20,000 nt of DNA, taken from IMG/VR virus record IMGVR_UViG_3300017761_002881. The stretch is one strand, 5' to 3'. Made by a program: the position numbers and the translations under genes. Under the pieces are notes generated by a model. It saw only the letters and a list, made by a program, of their open reading frames with translations, searched no databases and was not told the DNA's origin. Shown here piece by piece: positions 1 to 9,596 of this stretch; within the stretch, counting starts at the first letter, position 1, and the number at the start of each line of letters is the position of its first letter. The stretch is from an uncultured virus (IMG/VR IMGVR_UViG_3300017761_002881). Taxonomy: Duplodnaviria; Heunggongvirae; Uroviricota; Caudoviricetes.

Positions 1-1412
1 TGTAGTACACGTAAACGTATAGGCGGATAATATGCAATACTACCTTCTGGCTCATACGGTTTTAAATATTCAATATTGAATGGTTCTCCACTATTACTGT
101 AATTATCTATGTAATTACGATATTCAAAAATATCTAAACGATCCGCTTCTACAATATGAGGAAAATCATTCCAGATCGGACTATTGATACCGTCATTTTT
201 TAATACTTCTATACCGCCAGCCTCTACTAACAAATTTAACCAACCATTTTCACTGTAACGTCCCTGTCCAATTTGATAGTTACTTAAACTAAGATTGTTT
301 AGTGCAGCATATGTACGAGCCACATCTTCGTCAGTGACTTGTTTCCAGAATCCGTTGATCATCATACGTAATCCAAAGATTAAATCGTCACCTTGTACAT
401 CTGTCGTGCCGCTATTTACTAGAGTGTCATTGTACGGTACTGGCCAGTCCAGGATAACCATTTTACCTTCGTATTTTACACGTAGCTTTTCTCGGTATGT
501 TTGTTTTTGAAATACTTGATCGAAATACAAATCCCTAGGATCTTCAGCTAAATATATGTCACTAGCCCCTGTACCTACATAACCGCGTGGTTTTAAATAA
601 TCGCCTGGATCACGATAAAATGGAGCTTTTGGCCGATAGCCACTCTCAAAACGTACTTGATAATTCCAATCGTTACTACGATCTAATACCTTACGAAACT
701 CAAATTCTTCGATGGGGTTAGGCTTACCTAAAGTACGATCGCCCTCAAATGTGCCATCTAACACCATATCAAATTCTTGTATTTGTTCCGGAGTAGCTTC
801 TCGAATATCACTATATGTCTTGCCGCGTTCTACTAGCATTACTTCTAATGTTTGATAATTAGGTATAGGTAATGCTCTACCATTTTCCACATAGTATACA
901 CAGAACGTAGACCGTACCACAGATTCTGGATCGGGAGGTACGGCACCTAAACGTGCAGTTATTGTCGTTGGGCCATATTGTAGATACGCATCATGCCAAT
1001 CTACCGGATTCAATTCTATTTCAGAATTAATAAGAAATAAACCTGTCGGCGGTATCGGTCTAGGAAGATTTGTTTTAACATAAAAATCCCAGCCATCGTC
1101 AATAAAATTGTCTAAGTCTGTATCGTTAATTGTCGGATATGATTTATCTAAAGTATATTCGGCATATGTTTTAGACCCAGATGTCATTTGCAATACATTA
1201 TAACTATCACGCATTGCTACCGTTACTTCCCTTTCATTAACCGGCTTTACATATGTACTAAGCTGTGTAATTTGTTTAGGAGTTAAATATCCTTGACTAT
1301 ACAAAGGATCGTTTGGAAACTCCTTCTGCATAATGTCTAATAGTGTAGTATTTAAATCTACACGTGACGTTTCTTTAGGATTGTCCCTATCTATAAATCT
1401 ATTACTAGCCAT
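1..1412 (-). CDS. Large hypothetical protein, probably virion-associated; partial, runs off the left edge of the window
   Basis: Not in the ORF track. ATG at 1412 overlaps the TAA of the upstream gene (TAATG). Reads MASNRFIDRDNPKETSRVDLNTTLLDIMQKEFPNDPLY... and I saw no stop in the stretches I translated by hand. Sits directly downstream of the baseplate genes. Confidence 0.75.
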   Translation of the reverse strand, partial: MASNRFIDRDNPKETSRVDLNTTLLDIMQKEFPNDPLYSQGYLTPKQITQLSTYVKPVNEREVTVAMRDSYNVLQMTSGSKTYAEYTLDKSYPTINDTDLDNFIDDGWDFYVKTNLPRPIPPTGLFLINSEIELNPVDWHDAYLQYGPTTITARLGAVPPDPESVVRSTFCVYYVENGRALPIPNYQTLEVMLVERGKTYSDIREATPEQIQEFDMVLDGTFEGDRTLGKPNPIEEFEFRKVLDRSNDWNYQVRFESGYRPKAPFYRDPGDYLKPRGYVGTGASDIYLAEDPRDLYFDQVFQKQTYREKLRVKYEGKMVILDWPVPYNDTLVNSGTTDVQGDDLIFGLRMMINGFWKQVTDEDVARTYAALNNLSLSNYQIGQGRYSENGWLNLLVEAGGIEVLKNDGINSPIWNDFPHIVEADRLDIFEYRNYIDNYSNSGEPFNIEYLKPYEPEGSIAYYPPIRLRVL

Positions 1413-2557
1413 TATCTAACTACCTTAAAATAAAAACCTTCACTAAACACTTGCACATCATCACCCCCATCACGTTCAACTTTCAAAACTATTTTATAGT
1501 AACGTTCTGGTTGAAATGTGTTTAAACGTAATTTAAAGAAACTACCTTTATCATCACATGATATTTGAGTAGCATCTGTATCGAACGGAATAATAGTTTC
1601 CATTGTAACCGCATCTTGTATACTGTAATAACTAGATGTTGGTAAACGAAAATCAATCAAATAGTTCGAACTAGTAGCATATGTCTTTGTAGGAAACTCT
1701 GGCCGAGCTCCTATACGAAATATAGCACGTTCCGATTCTCGATATTCATTACGTATATTTTTTATATACGGTATAAAAATGTTATCGGAAATTTCATCTT
1801 TAGATCCGGTGCCGTTTAATACGGAATCATTCCAAGCTACTTCTAGTCTAGGTATGTAAATTGTATGAGTATCTAAACCGTAAAAATTTACGGTACCTAA
1901 TACATCATATGAATTTTCATCTGTTTTAGATCTTTTAATTATAAAGCCATGATTAGGAATCGTACCGTCAACCCAACGTTTAACGATATTAGTGACATCC
2001 ATACGAACATCAGGCTCTTCATATGTAAACGATTGACTAGCCTCATATCCAGATCCAGTAATCCATGTACCGCCACCTAACGTAGTTGTATTAGAAAAAT
2101 CATTTTTGCTATGTGCCGATCCAGTCTTCCAAAAAGTAGCTTGGTTAGCATTGTCACGATAATACCACGATGCCCCATTAGATATGTCAGGTACATTATC
2201 AAATCTACCATTACCATTTGTCCATGATTCAGAAACAGGAAATGCATAAATAGTATAATTTATAGGTAAATCTGTAGCTTGTGCAGCACGTATATTTAAG
2301 TAAACAGATGCAGAATTTTGAGACTTAAGGCCTATCGGCGGAATATCTCCAGCAACGATAGCATTACGAATTGCTGTTATTTGAGATCCAAAATCTAATA
2401 GAAATCTAGAGTTGTAATTAGCGCCTTGAATTTGACGTTCAAACAATGATCCTGATGCATGTTTAATTAAATCTAAAATAGGATCTATACCCGTGTTCTT
2501 CGCCGGATATCGTTCGTATAATGTAGTATCTCGTTCTGGATAATATAAGTGGTACAT
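1412..2557 (-). CDS. Putative virion/baseplate-associated protein with a DNRLRE-like beta-sandwich domain
   Basis: 381 aa. Motifs DTTLYE..P..NTG.D.IL, SRFLLDF, and DVTNIVKRWVDGTIPNHGFIIK...PRLEVAW resemble DNRLRE-type domains. Follows the baseplate wedge gene. Confidence 0.55.
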   Translation of the reverse strand: MYHLYYPERDTTLYERYPAKNTGIDPILDLIKHASGSLFERQIQGANYNSRFLLDFGSQITAIRNAIVAGDIPPIGLKSQNSASVYLNIRAAQATDLPINYTIYAFPVSESWTNGNGRFDNVPDISNGASWYYRDNANQATFWKTGSAHSKNDFSNTTTLGGGTWITGSGYEASQSFTYEEPDVRMDVTNIVKRWVDGTIPNHGFIIKRSKTDENSYDVLGTVNFYGLDTHTIYIPRLEVAWNDSVLNGTGSKDEISDNIFIPYIKNIRNEYRESERAIFRIGARPEFPTKTYATSSNYLIDFRLPTSSYYSIQDAVTMETIIPFDTDATQISCDDKGSFFKLRLNTFQPERYYKIVLKVERDGGDDVQVFSEGFYFKVVR

Positions 2558-2567
2558 GCGTTACTCT

Positions 2568-4454
2568 TTACGGTTTTACTGTTCGGACTTTAATGTCTGC
2601 GTTAGGATATTTTATTTCGAATATACAAGGATCTAGGCTAGGATATATGATACCGTTTTTAGTAGCTCCTACCATATCATACACGTTACCTGAATATCCT
2701 AAGTTCTTATCAAACAAGTTTTTCATCTCAAATTTAGCTACAGACTGCACACCTGGTAATCTATCTAATTCACTTGTAATGTTAGAAATATTAATTAATC
2801 CATTAATCTGCAAACGATCTGGATCGAACATTTGCTTAAGCTTATTGATACAAGTTAAAATAACTTCATTAGCATTATAACTAGGTACAGGTACAATATC
2901 TACTTCTATTCCTACATTAACTATATATGCAGTTTTTATATTAATAGCATCTGTTAGCATACGATAATTAGACAGATATGTACGTAGATTTTCTTGTGTA
3001 GCTGGATTAAGGGTTGTAAAGTTGCGATTAGCATCGTATGACAATACGTATAAATTTAATGCTAATGGATTAGCAATAGTATCTCTAGGATAGTCTCGAT
3101 CACTTGTATCTAATTGAAAATCACTTACAATATAAGCCTTTGCAACAGAACCGAATCGTCCCGGCATAGCATAACATCTAGTTATATAATCTTCGCGCGT
3201 GATAGCTCTATTTTGAGCTGCAAAGCTTGCCATAGCATTTTGTCGTATACTTTCAAGTGATTCTTTACTTTTACCGCCTGTAGCAGAAATAGGATTGTTA
3301 ACGGCGACAGAATCTTTAGTACTAGTTAAATTTAATCCATATAATTCAGTAGCTGTATTGTAGGTTATAGAATCTATTTTAGTAAGTGTATTAGACGCAA
3401 CATTATCATTGACAGATCCACCGACACTATAAGTAACGGTTAATACAATGTTATTAGGAGCTAATCCATATGTACTAGTATACAAAAAGTTACTGGGATC
3501 TAAATTTGAATTAGTAGTACGCGATAAATACTCTAAACCTAATCCGACATTTTTAGGATTAGGTATTAATTCTTCATCTGCATCCGAACTAACTCCAGAT
3601 CCAAATTGCAATTCTATACGATTATCTTCACGTACACGTGTTACAAATCTACGAGCCGATCTACGTAATTTTAATAAATAAGGAGTTGAACTTCTGTAAA
3701 TGTAAAGTTCTGCATCATTATAAGGAATATTAGCTACATCATCAAATACTGTATCCTGAGCTAAATAATCAACTTCGTACCATGTGTTTCCATCATCGTC
3801 AGTAACACTAATTATATCTAATACGTTAGCTTCAGGTAATACTATTTTATCGTACGGCTTAGGATCTCCAAAAGTAAATGTAGAAGTTTTAACTTCCCCA
3901 GATACAGCTTGTACAGATTTTTTTAAAAGATAGTATTGTACATTGCCTGAACCGTCAATTTCATATACAGATATATCCGTAGGACTCAGTGAACTACTAA
4001 ATGTAAAATCAACATCTTGTATTGTACGAAATTTTATCGGTGCTGTGGCAGAATCTGTAGCTACCTGCATGCCTTGTCTAATATTCAGACTGTAACGGAA
4101 ATCAGGGCGTGCGTTAACACCAGTACCTATTGCCGGTATCAATTGATATACATCTAAATCTACAATAGCAGGAGTATTAAGTTTAGGTTTATATCCGAAC
4201 AACTGCGACAACATTAAAACATTACTTTCTTCTAATGCGCTAGATAAAACTGATTCGCGAAAACTTTGATCTGCATAGAATGATAAAACATCGCCTACAT
4301 ATGATGCCATTTCTATAAACATCATGCCAGGCGATGATTCATTGAAATCATTGTAAGTATTAGGATAATACTGTTTAGCAAACGTGATTAAGTTTTGCCT
4401 AAACTGAGCAAAATCTTTATTTAAATACTTTACATCCTTTTTAACTAAATCCAT
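2568..4454 (-). CDS. Baseplate wedge subunit (T4 gp6 / baseplate J-like)
   Basis: 628 aa. N-terminal YLNKDF..FRQNL..FAKQYYP..YNDFNESSPGMMFIEMASYVGDVLSFY, central LQFGSG, and ATGG..KES.ESIRQNA...FAAQNRAITREDY are typical of gp6-like wedges. Confidence 0.9.
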   Translation of the reverse strand: MDLVKKDVKYLNKDFAQFRQNLITFAKQYYPNTYNDFNESSPGMMFIEMASYVGDVLSFYADQSFRESVLSSALEESNVLMLSQLFGYKPKLNTPAIVDLDVYQLIPAIGTGVNARPDFRYSLNIRQGMQVATDSATAPIKFRTIQDVDFTFSSSLSPTDISVYEIDGSGNVQYYLLKKSVQAVSGEVKTSTFTFGDPKPYDKIVLPEANVLDIISVTDDDGNTWYEVDYLAQDTVFDDVANIPYNDAELYIYRSSTPYLLKLRRSARRFVTRVREDNRIELQFGSGVSSDADEELIPNPKNVGLGLEYLSRTTNSNLDPSNFLYTSTYGLAPNNIVLTVTYSVGGSVNDNVASNTLTKIDSITYNTATELYGLNLTSTKDSVAVNNPISATGGKSKESLESIRQNAMASFAAQNRAITREDYITRCYAMPGRFGSVAKAYIVSDFQLDTSDRDYPRDTIANPLALNLYVLSYDANRNFTTLNPATQENLRTYLSNYRMLTDAINIKTAYIVNVGIEVDIVPVPSYNANEVILTCINKLKQMFDPDRLQINGLINISNITSELDRLPGVQSVAKFEMKNLFDKNLGYSGNVYDMVGATKNGIIYPSLDPCIFEIKYPNADIKVRTVKP

Positions 4455-5029
4455 TAAACTCTCCTAGATGCAAACACTCCAACAGCCGTTAATTGACGAT
4501 TAGCGTCAACTTGTGGAGTGGCTTGTGATACTATTATTGTATTTTCTTGAGCTAATACATTTATTACTAAATTAGCTCCTACGTTTGTAACTCGGAATAC
4601 AATACGTATATTCAAAGCATTTTCGTTACGTGACTCACGAAATACATTGACATTAATCAATGTTATATACGGTAACCAGAAATTAATATCTTCTTCTAAA
4701 CTAGACTGCAAATTATCAGCTAATACTTCAGTATTTTGTTCAAATATACTATTATATATATCAGTGCCAAAATTTGGTTGCATATATCGTTCACCCTTAC
4801 GAGTAAGTAGTAAATTTGTAAGATTACTAATAGCTTGATCTTCGGTAGTATAAGATAAAGAAAATACTCCTTTACCTCCCGTTGTTTGAAATGAACCACT
4901 TAATACATTACCGACTATAGCAGTACGATCATTTTTGCTAATAGCCGATTGATTAAATGGTAATTTTATACCAACAGCTGTTGAACTAGGATCGATAAAC
5001 GGTTTGTATTGATAAATGGTCCTTACCAT
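4454..5029 (-). CDS. Baseplate wedge protein, gp25/GPW-like
   Basis: 191 aa with DQAISNLTNLLLTRKGERYMQPNFGTDI...FEQ...INFWLPYI, the gp25 family signature. Immediately upstream of the gp6-like gene with a 1-nt TAATG overlap. Confidence 0.9.
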   Translation of the reverse strand: MVRTIYQYKPFIDPSSTAVGIKLPFNQSAISKNDRTAIVGNVLSGSFQTTGGKGVFSLSYTTEDQAISNLTNLLLTRKGERYMQPNFGTDIYNSIFEQNTEVLADNLQSSLEEDINFWLPYITLINVNVFRESRNENALNIRIVFRVTNVGANLVINVLAQENTIIVSQATPQVDANRQLTAVGVFASRRV

Positions 5030-5472
5030 TAACGTCCTTTCTTCTTATCGATAGCTTTCATTAATGCTGAATAATCTTTAGTCATAGCATTAACTACTGT
5101 AGCTACTTGTTCGTTATTAACGTCTACAGGACGGCCGTCTAAATCATGTGCTGGAGCTACCGCTGTCGGCTGGTTACGCATAACACCGAAGGCTTGAGCC
5201 ATATCCGAAGTAAATGATAAAGTACTACTTTCGGATAAATTTAATGGGCGTGATGCCGTATCATTTAACAAATCGTTAAGTAACGGATCTTTTACAAAAG
5301 ATTTAGGCTTCTGTGATTGTTTCTTAGAATGCATTACTGTTTCTGTAACCGGAGGAGAATATGTTTGTTTTGTCTGTTCTGTTAACAAACTACGTAATTC
5401 AGTACGTACAGCTGTCTGCACTTCTTCACGAATAATAGTACGTAATGCCTTTATAAAAGACTTGGTATCCAT
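5029..5472 (-). CDS. Hypothetical protein with an IIREEV-type N-terminal leader
   Basis: 147 aa. Upstream ATATTTAT motif and AAGGA. N-terminus MDTKSFIKALRTIIREEVQTAV resembles the leader of the 18.2-19.9 kb ORFs. Confidence 0.75.
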   Translation of the reverse strand: MDTKSFIKALRTIIREEVQTAVRTELRSLLTEQTKQTYSPPVTETVMHSKKQSQKPKSFVKDPLLNDLLNDTASRPLNLSESSTLSFTSDMAQAFGVMRNQPTAVAPAHDLDGRPVDVNNEQVATVVNAMTKDYSALMKAIDKKKGR

Positions 5473-5485
5473 AATATCCTTTTAA

Positions 5486-5493
5486 ATAAATAT
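5486..5493 (-). promoter_or_regulatory. ATATTTAT motif (candidate late promoter)
   Basis: 13 nt upstream of the ATG at 5472; one of seven start-proximal copies. Confidence 0.6.
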
Positions 5494-5495
5494 GT

Positions 5496-5777
5496 TTATG
5501 ATAAAGTTCCGGGCGATGTAGTCGTACCTGTCCCTGGTGCCGCTGTTGCCCCGGTTACTGGCCCAGCTGCACTAGCCCCAAGTATAACAACACCTGGTGG
5601 AGTTATTACAACTTGGCCTGGATTGACCTGTGCCTGTAATGCATATAAGTGTATTGCGCGAGCTAAATCTTTTGCTAGCGTTTGTGTAGCAGATTGAGGA
5701 TCTTTCGATAACTGGGCTTTTTTTAAAGCTGCAAATATTTGAGCTTCTAATCCAGGCTGTGCTGATGATAATGGCAT
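5496..5777 (-). CDS. Small Gly/Pro/Thr/Ala-rich baseplate-module protein (possible spike-tip-like)
   Basis: 93 aa, AAGGA upstream. C-terminal GPVTGATAAPGTGTTTSPGTLS. Lies between the gp5-like and gp25-like genes. Function inferred from position only. Confidence 0.55.
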   Translation of the reverse strand: MPLSSAQPGLEAQIFAALKKAQLSKDPQSATQTLAKDLARAIHLYALQAQVNPGQVVITPPGVVILGASAAGPVTGATAAPGTGTTTSPGTLS

Positions 5778-5786
5778 ATCAATCCT

Positions 5787-6806
5787 TTATTGTTTCATTG
5801 TTTTTAATTCTGTTACCAATTGTTGTACTTGTGCTAAATTAGTAGCTGTTAAAGTTGGGCCACCCATCGGAGTTTGAAATTGAGCTTTACCTGAAGTTAA
5901 ATCTGCTAACTGCTGTAAAGTCTTTTCTAAAATAGTAAACAACTTATCCATATCCATTTGCCATTTTGGAGTAACTACATTAACGGTTTTTTTACCGCAT
6001 AAAATTATTTCATCTAATTTAGAATTAAAGATTAAACGATCGGAAGAAATAATAGCTTGAGCTTTATTGTAATTAGCTACAGGCGTTACGCCAACACCTA
6101 TTTGTTTTTGTGAAGGAGTAAATTTTAATTTTTGATCAGCACTAAGAACAAAAATACTTTTTGTAGTTTCCGGATCTTCGATTATATATTTGTTAGGGCC
6201 TCCCTGACCTTTATGTCCATTACTTATAATAGTTATAGGAGATCCTTTAGCGGTATTGTTAGACCACCATGACTTTTCTGCGTATTGTGATAAATTTCCA
6301 GTAACAGTTGAACCTAATCGAATCGATTGCCCAAATCTACCATGAAATAATATATCACCTTCATACGGCTGTATATTTTTTACTTGAGTATTTTCCTCGA
6401 ACGTTTCTCCAGGTTTATAATCATTGACTTCTACATTCTTAGGTGCAGCTGTCGACGTATAACGTCCACCTCCGCCGCCCGCAGGCACTGTATATAAATC
6501 TAATAAAGGATTAAGATTTACATTACCGTGCGTATTAACTGGCATCAAATAAAACCAAGCATTTTCTAAATCAGCGCCATTACCATAATCACTTAAAGAT
6601 CTAAAACATAAAACTAATTCACCTAGCAATGGTATTGTTAAAGTATTAACGGCAGGATATGCATAAAATTCTTCCGTAGTTTGATTTCGGGATATTCCAC
6701 GTAACTTTATAGTACCTAACGGGAAATCTCCGCGGTCGGGTTGAGTTTTATGCTTTGTAGTTTTATATGCCGTGGATGTATCGACAACCTGAGCAATCGT
6801 TATCAT
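5787..6806 (-). CDS. Putative baseplate hub/central spike protein (gp5/gpV-like N-terminal OB-fold), no obvious lysozyme domain
   Basis: 339 aa. G.IKLR...AYP....TIPLLGELVL fits an OB-fold, followed by PYEGDILFHGRFGQSIRLG and IISSDRLIFNSK. Position upstream of gp25/gp6 is consistent. Confidence 0.6.
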   Translation of the reverse strand: MITIAQVVDTSTAYKTTKHKTQPDRGDFPLGTIKLRGISRNQTTEEFYAYPAVNTLTIPLLGELVLCFRSLSDYGNGADLENAWFYLMPVNTHGNVNLNPLLDLYTVPAGGGGGRYTSTAAPKNVEVNDYKPGETFEENTQVKNIQPYEGDILFHGRFGQSIRLGSTVTGNLSQYAEKSWWSNNTAKGSPITIISNGHKGQGGPNKYIIEDPETTKSIFVLSADQKLKFTPSQKQIGVGVTPVANYNKAQAIISSDRLIFNSKLDEIILCGKKTVNVVTPKWQMDMDKLFTILEKTLQQLADLTSGKAQFQTPMGGPTLTATNLAQVQQLVTELKTMKQ

Positions 6807-7168
6807 TCAGACTCCGATTTACGTTGTATAGCTTTTATTTCAGCTTCAGCTTCTTGCAATAAACGAGTACGTTCCTCGTCGGAAAGCATAAACTCGCTAC
6901 CGCCTTCTTCACGACTACCGACCGATAATAAACGTTGTACTACCGCAGCTAATTTAACTAACGCATCATCATTTTTTACTGATACTTCTAAATACTCTTT
7001 GATCATTGGGACTATTACTGCAGCGTCGCCAACGTTCTTAACTAACGGTTGTAGTTCTTGAATTAGACCATCGATCTGTCTAGATTTTTTCTTTGAATTA
7101 TGGTAAATATCTTTCATTAGATCTGAAAGTGTAGTACCTTTGAACAATTCAAAATCTGTAGATGCCAT
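6803..7168 (-). CDS. Hypothetical helical protein
   Basis: 121 aa. ATATTTAT motif and AAAAGG upstream, ATGA overlap with the next gene. Confidence 0.75.
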   Translation of the reverse strand: MASTDFELFKGTTLSDLMKDIYHNSKKKSRQIDGLIQELQPLVKNVGDAAVIVPMIKEYLEVSVKNDDALVKLAAVVQRLLSVGSREEGGSEFMLSDEERTRLLQEAEAEIKAIQRKSESE

Positions 7169-7182
7169 TGATAACCTTTTAT

Positions 7183-7190
7183 ATAAATAT
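7183..7190 (-). promoter_or_regulatory. ATATTTAT motif (candidate late promoter, head of the baseplate module)
   Basis: 14 nt upstream of the ATG at 7168. Confidence 0.6.
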
Positions 7191-7195
7191 AAATG

Positions 7196-7936
7196 TTACC
7201 GAATTAGTCCTGATTTCTGATAGTTAGTGAACATTTTCTCGAAATCATTACGCATTACGTTAAGAACACGCGTAATATTTTGGGTTTTAAGACCTGTACG
7301 TTCACGTATTAAGATATAGATAGACTTCTTGTTAAAGTTTTCAATGCTATCACGAATACGAAATATTTCTAGAATAGTATCGGCTATCAACACATCACGT
7401 TTGTTAGTAAATACATTGTCCATATTTTCATCATACCAACTTACCCATAGATCTGTAAAATCTTTTAAGGACTCTTGATAAGAAGATATAGACATTTCTA
7501 ACGATAAATTACGATCATCGTCTATAACCGTAGTTTCTACTCGACGCTTCAATTTAGCGTAATTTGCATTGTTTTGAATAATGAGATAGTTCTTAACGAT
7601 ACGTCCAAAGTAACTAAAGGCTTTACCTTTACCTTCCGTATACTTCCCAATTTTCTCGTTTAAGAATGCAACTACTTCACATTTAACATCTTCATACGGC
7701 ACGTCAAAATAACTAAACTTAAACGTATGATAAATATTTTCTACTAACTTATTAAATGCATAGTCAATATGCTCACGATAAATTTTATTACGTAATGCAT
7801 AATCAGTTTCTTTATTATAAGCTATAATTGCTTTTTCAGTTGTAAGAGTAAAGTACATGTTAGTAGCTTTACGTCCACGTTTTGTTACGGTATCCTGTAC
7901 ATCTAAGTCAGCATAAAATTGTTCTACTGGCGACAT
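7196..7936 (-). CDS. Phage sigma factor for late transcription (T4 gp55-like)
   Basis: 246 aa. YF...E.AI..YN, FNKLVENI..TFKF, and KY...KGKAFSYFGRIVKNYLI match the sigma region-2 core of gp55-like proteins (compare NPFAYFTQI). Next to the structural module. Confidence 0.7.
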   Translation of the reverse strand: MSPVEQFYADLDVQDTVTKRGRKATNMYFTLTTEKAIIAYNKETDYALRNKIYREHIDYAFNKLVENIYHTFKFSYFDVPYEDVKCEVVAFLNEKIGKYTEGKGKAFSYFGRIVKNYLIIQNNANYAKLKRRVETTVIDDDRNLSLEMSISSYQESLKDFTDLWVSWYDENMDNVFTNKRDVLIADTILEIFRIRDSIENFNKKSIYILIRERTGLKTQNITRVLNVMRNDFEKMFTNYQKSGLIR

Positions 7937-8224
7937 TTAAAACCTTTCATTCAAGTCATTTACAATATCTTTAAGTTCTTTAAAGATTACCCCCGTCTCA
8001 TCATCAGCTTCAAATGAGCCTAAACGATCTATTTGTTTTAATCTAGAATTAGATTCATTTACACGACGTTTTAAGTCTTCATAAAATGAATCATACTCTG
8101 TTATATTTTTAACTAGTTCATCGATATTATCTTCTAACGTTTCCATTTTTTTAAGTAAGTTTCTTACTATATAAATGGCTACCGATAATACGACTACTAA
8201 TAACGATATTAACGTTATTATCAT
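7937..8224 (-). CDS. Small protein with an N-terminal membrane anchor and coiled coil
   Basis: 95 aa. Hydrophobic MIITLISLLVVVLSVAIYIV followed by a heptad-rich segment. GGAG upstream. Confidence 0.75.
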   Translation of the reverse strand: MIITLISLLVVVLSVAIYIVRNLLKKMETLEDNIDELVKNITEYDSFYEDLKRRVNESNSRLKQIDRLGSFEADDETGVIFKELKDIVNDLNERF

Positions 8225-8226
8225 AA

Positions 8227-8970
8227 TTATTCTCCAAAAATCTTAGAAATATCAAACGCTGCAGTATTAGCTAACGTTGATTTTCTAGTGTTAGTACTAG
8301 GTATAGTTGTTTTTGCTGACGGACGTTTATCGCGCCACATTTCATATTCAATTCGAGCTGCCATATGATCTGCGTGATGCAAAATCAATGGCAAATTGGT
8401 ACGCAATTTTGAATCGGCGCTACGTGATACAAAATAAGCTTTATTTGCATCATCATACATTCCATCATGAATTCGTATGCCTTGCGCTTCATTCCAAGAA
8501 GTTTTAATTCCAAAATTTTGCAATGTCCATAAACTAAGATCTGGTACCATAGTAAATGGAATATTGGAATTATGCTTGTACATTTTACCTTGATTCTTAC
8601 GATGCCATTCTGAATCATTTACAATGTATACTTCTTCGCCCTCGCCTGGAAATCCTGCTTTACCTAAGTCATGGTGCATAGCAGCAAACATTAATTCTTC
8701 ATATGAAAAGTTATTAACATCTGCACCCATTTCTTTCCAAGACTCATATAATTTGGTAGTACAATCCATAACACGTAACACGTGATCAATATACCCACCT
8801 TCAAATGCATTATGGAAGTGATCTGTTCCGCTTGCTGGCATCATCATCATTCGTTCTTCCAAATGATCATACATAGCATTTATTTCTTTTGCTCGGGTAG
8901 GAAATAGTTCGTTAATTCTTTTACGAAACTCAATCCAATTTTGTTGTATTTGTTCTGCTGTTAAACTCAT
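8227..8970 (-). CDS. HD-domain metal-dependent phosphohydrolase (YhaM-like)
   Basis: 247 aa. PAS...FHNAFEGGYIDHVLRV, HHDLGK, IRIHDG and LHHAD form the full HD motif set. Confidence 0.85.
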   Translation of the reverse strand: MSLTAEQIQQNWIEFRKRINELFPTRAKEINAMYDHLEERMMMMPASGTDHFHNAFEGGYIDHVLRVMDCTTKLYESWKEMGADVNNFSYEELMFAAMHHDLGKAGFPGEGEEVYIVNDSEWHRKNQGKMYKHNSNIPFTMVPDLSLWTLQNFGIKTSWNEAQGIRIHDGMYDDANKAYFVSRSADSKLRTNLPLILHHADHMAARIEYEMWRDKRPSAKTTIPSTNTRKSTLANTAAFDISKIFGE

Positions 8971-8975
8971 AGTAT

Positions 8976-9590
8976 TTAAATTATTTCGTCAATTATTCCA
9001 TATTGTTTTAGTTGTTCAGCTGACAAAAACAAATCTGTTTTCTGTTGCTGTTTCCACCAATCTGCATTCTTATTAGATTTAGAAGCTAATAAATTACATA
9101 CATCATTTTCCAATGAATTAAGATTATTGATATATGCAGACATATCACTTATTTTAATGCCATCCATAAAACTAATCGATTCATGGAACATAACACATGA
9201 TCGTTTACTAGCCATACGTACACCAGTACCACATGCTAAAATTACAGCGGCAGCGCTAAAAGCTCTTCCACGGCAAATAGTATTAATAGGTACTGATAAT
9301 GACTCAATATAATCAATAATACCTAACATTTCATATACATCTCCACCATTAGAATTAATGATAAGATTGATAGGTTCATTACGTGTATCACTAGTACGAT
9401 TATTAAGTATAGCCCGTACTCGTATCATTAGATCTACTAAAGTATTTTCTCCGATATCATCATTGAGATAAATAACCGAATCACGTAAATCTAACTGAGT
9501 AGCCAACTGTTGTGATACAGTTTCGTACGGAGATTCTAACTCCTCATCTATTTGTTTACGTTTACTGGATTTTTCTTCGTATATACTCAT
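8976..9590 (-). CDS. clpP: ClpP-like serine protease
   Basis: 204 aa. INLIINSNGGDVY, GRAFSAAAVILACG (catalytic Ser), VMFHE (His) and TDLFLSAEQ...YGIIDEII (Asp). Confidence 0.88.
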   Translation of the reverse strand: MSIYEEKSSKRKQIDEELESPYETVSQQLATQLDLRDSVIYLNDDIGENTLVDLMIRVRAILNNRTSDTRNEPINLIINSNGGDVYEMLGIIDYIESLSVPINTICRGRAFSAAAVILACGTGVRMASKRSCVMFHESISFMDGIKISDMSAYINNLNSLENDVCNLLASKSNKNADWWKQQQKTDLFLSAEQLKQYGIIDEII

Positions 9591-9596
9591 ACCTTA

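Noticed and set aside
2568..6806. Bacterial T6SS or extracellular contractile injection system
   Set aside because: Context (gp55-like sigma, single-strand dense small orphans, phage-type accessory genes) fits a lytic phage, and no Tss membrane complex or AAA ATPase gene is present.
7730..7737. ATATTTAT copy inside the sigma-factor CDS
   Set aside because: No start codon of a plausible gene nearby; consistent with chance in AT-rich DNA.
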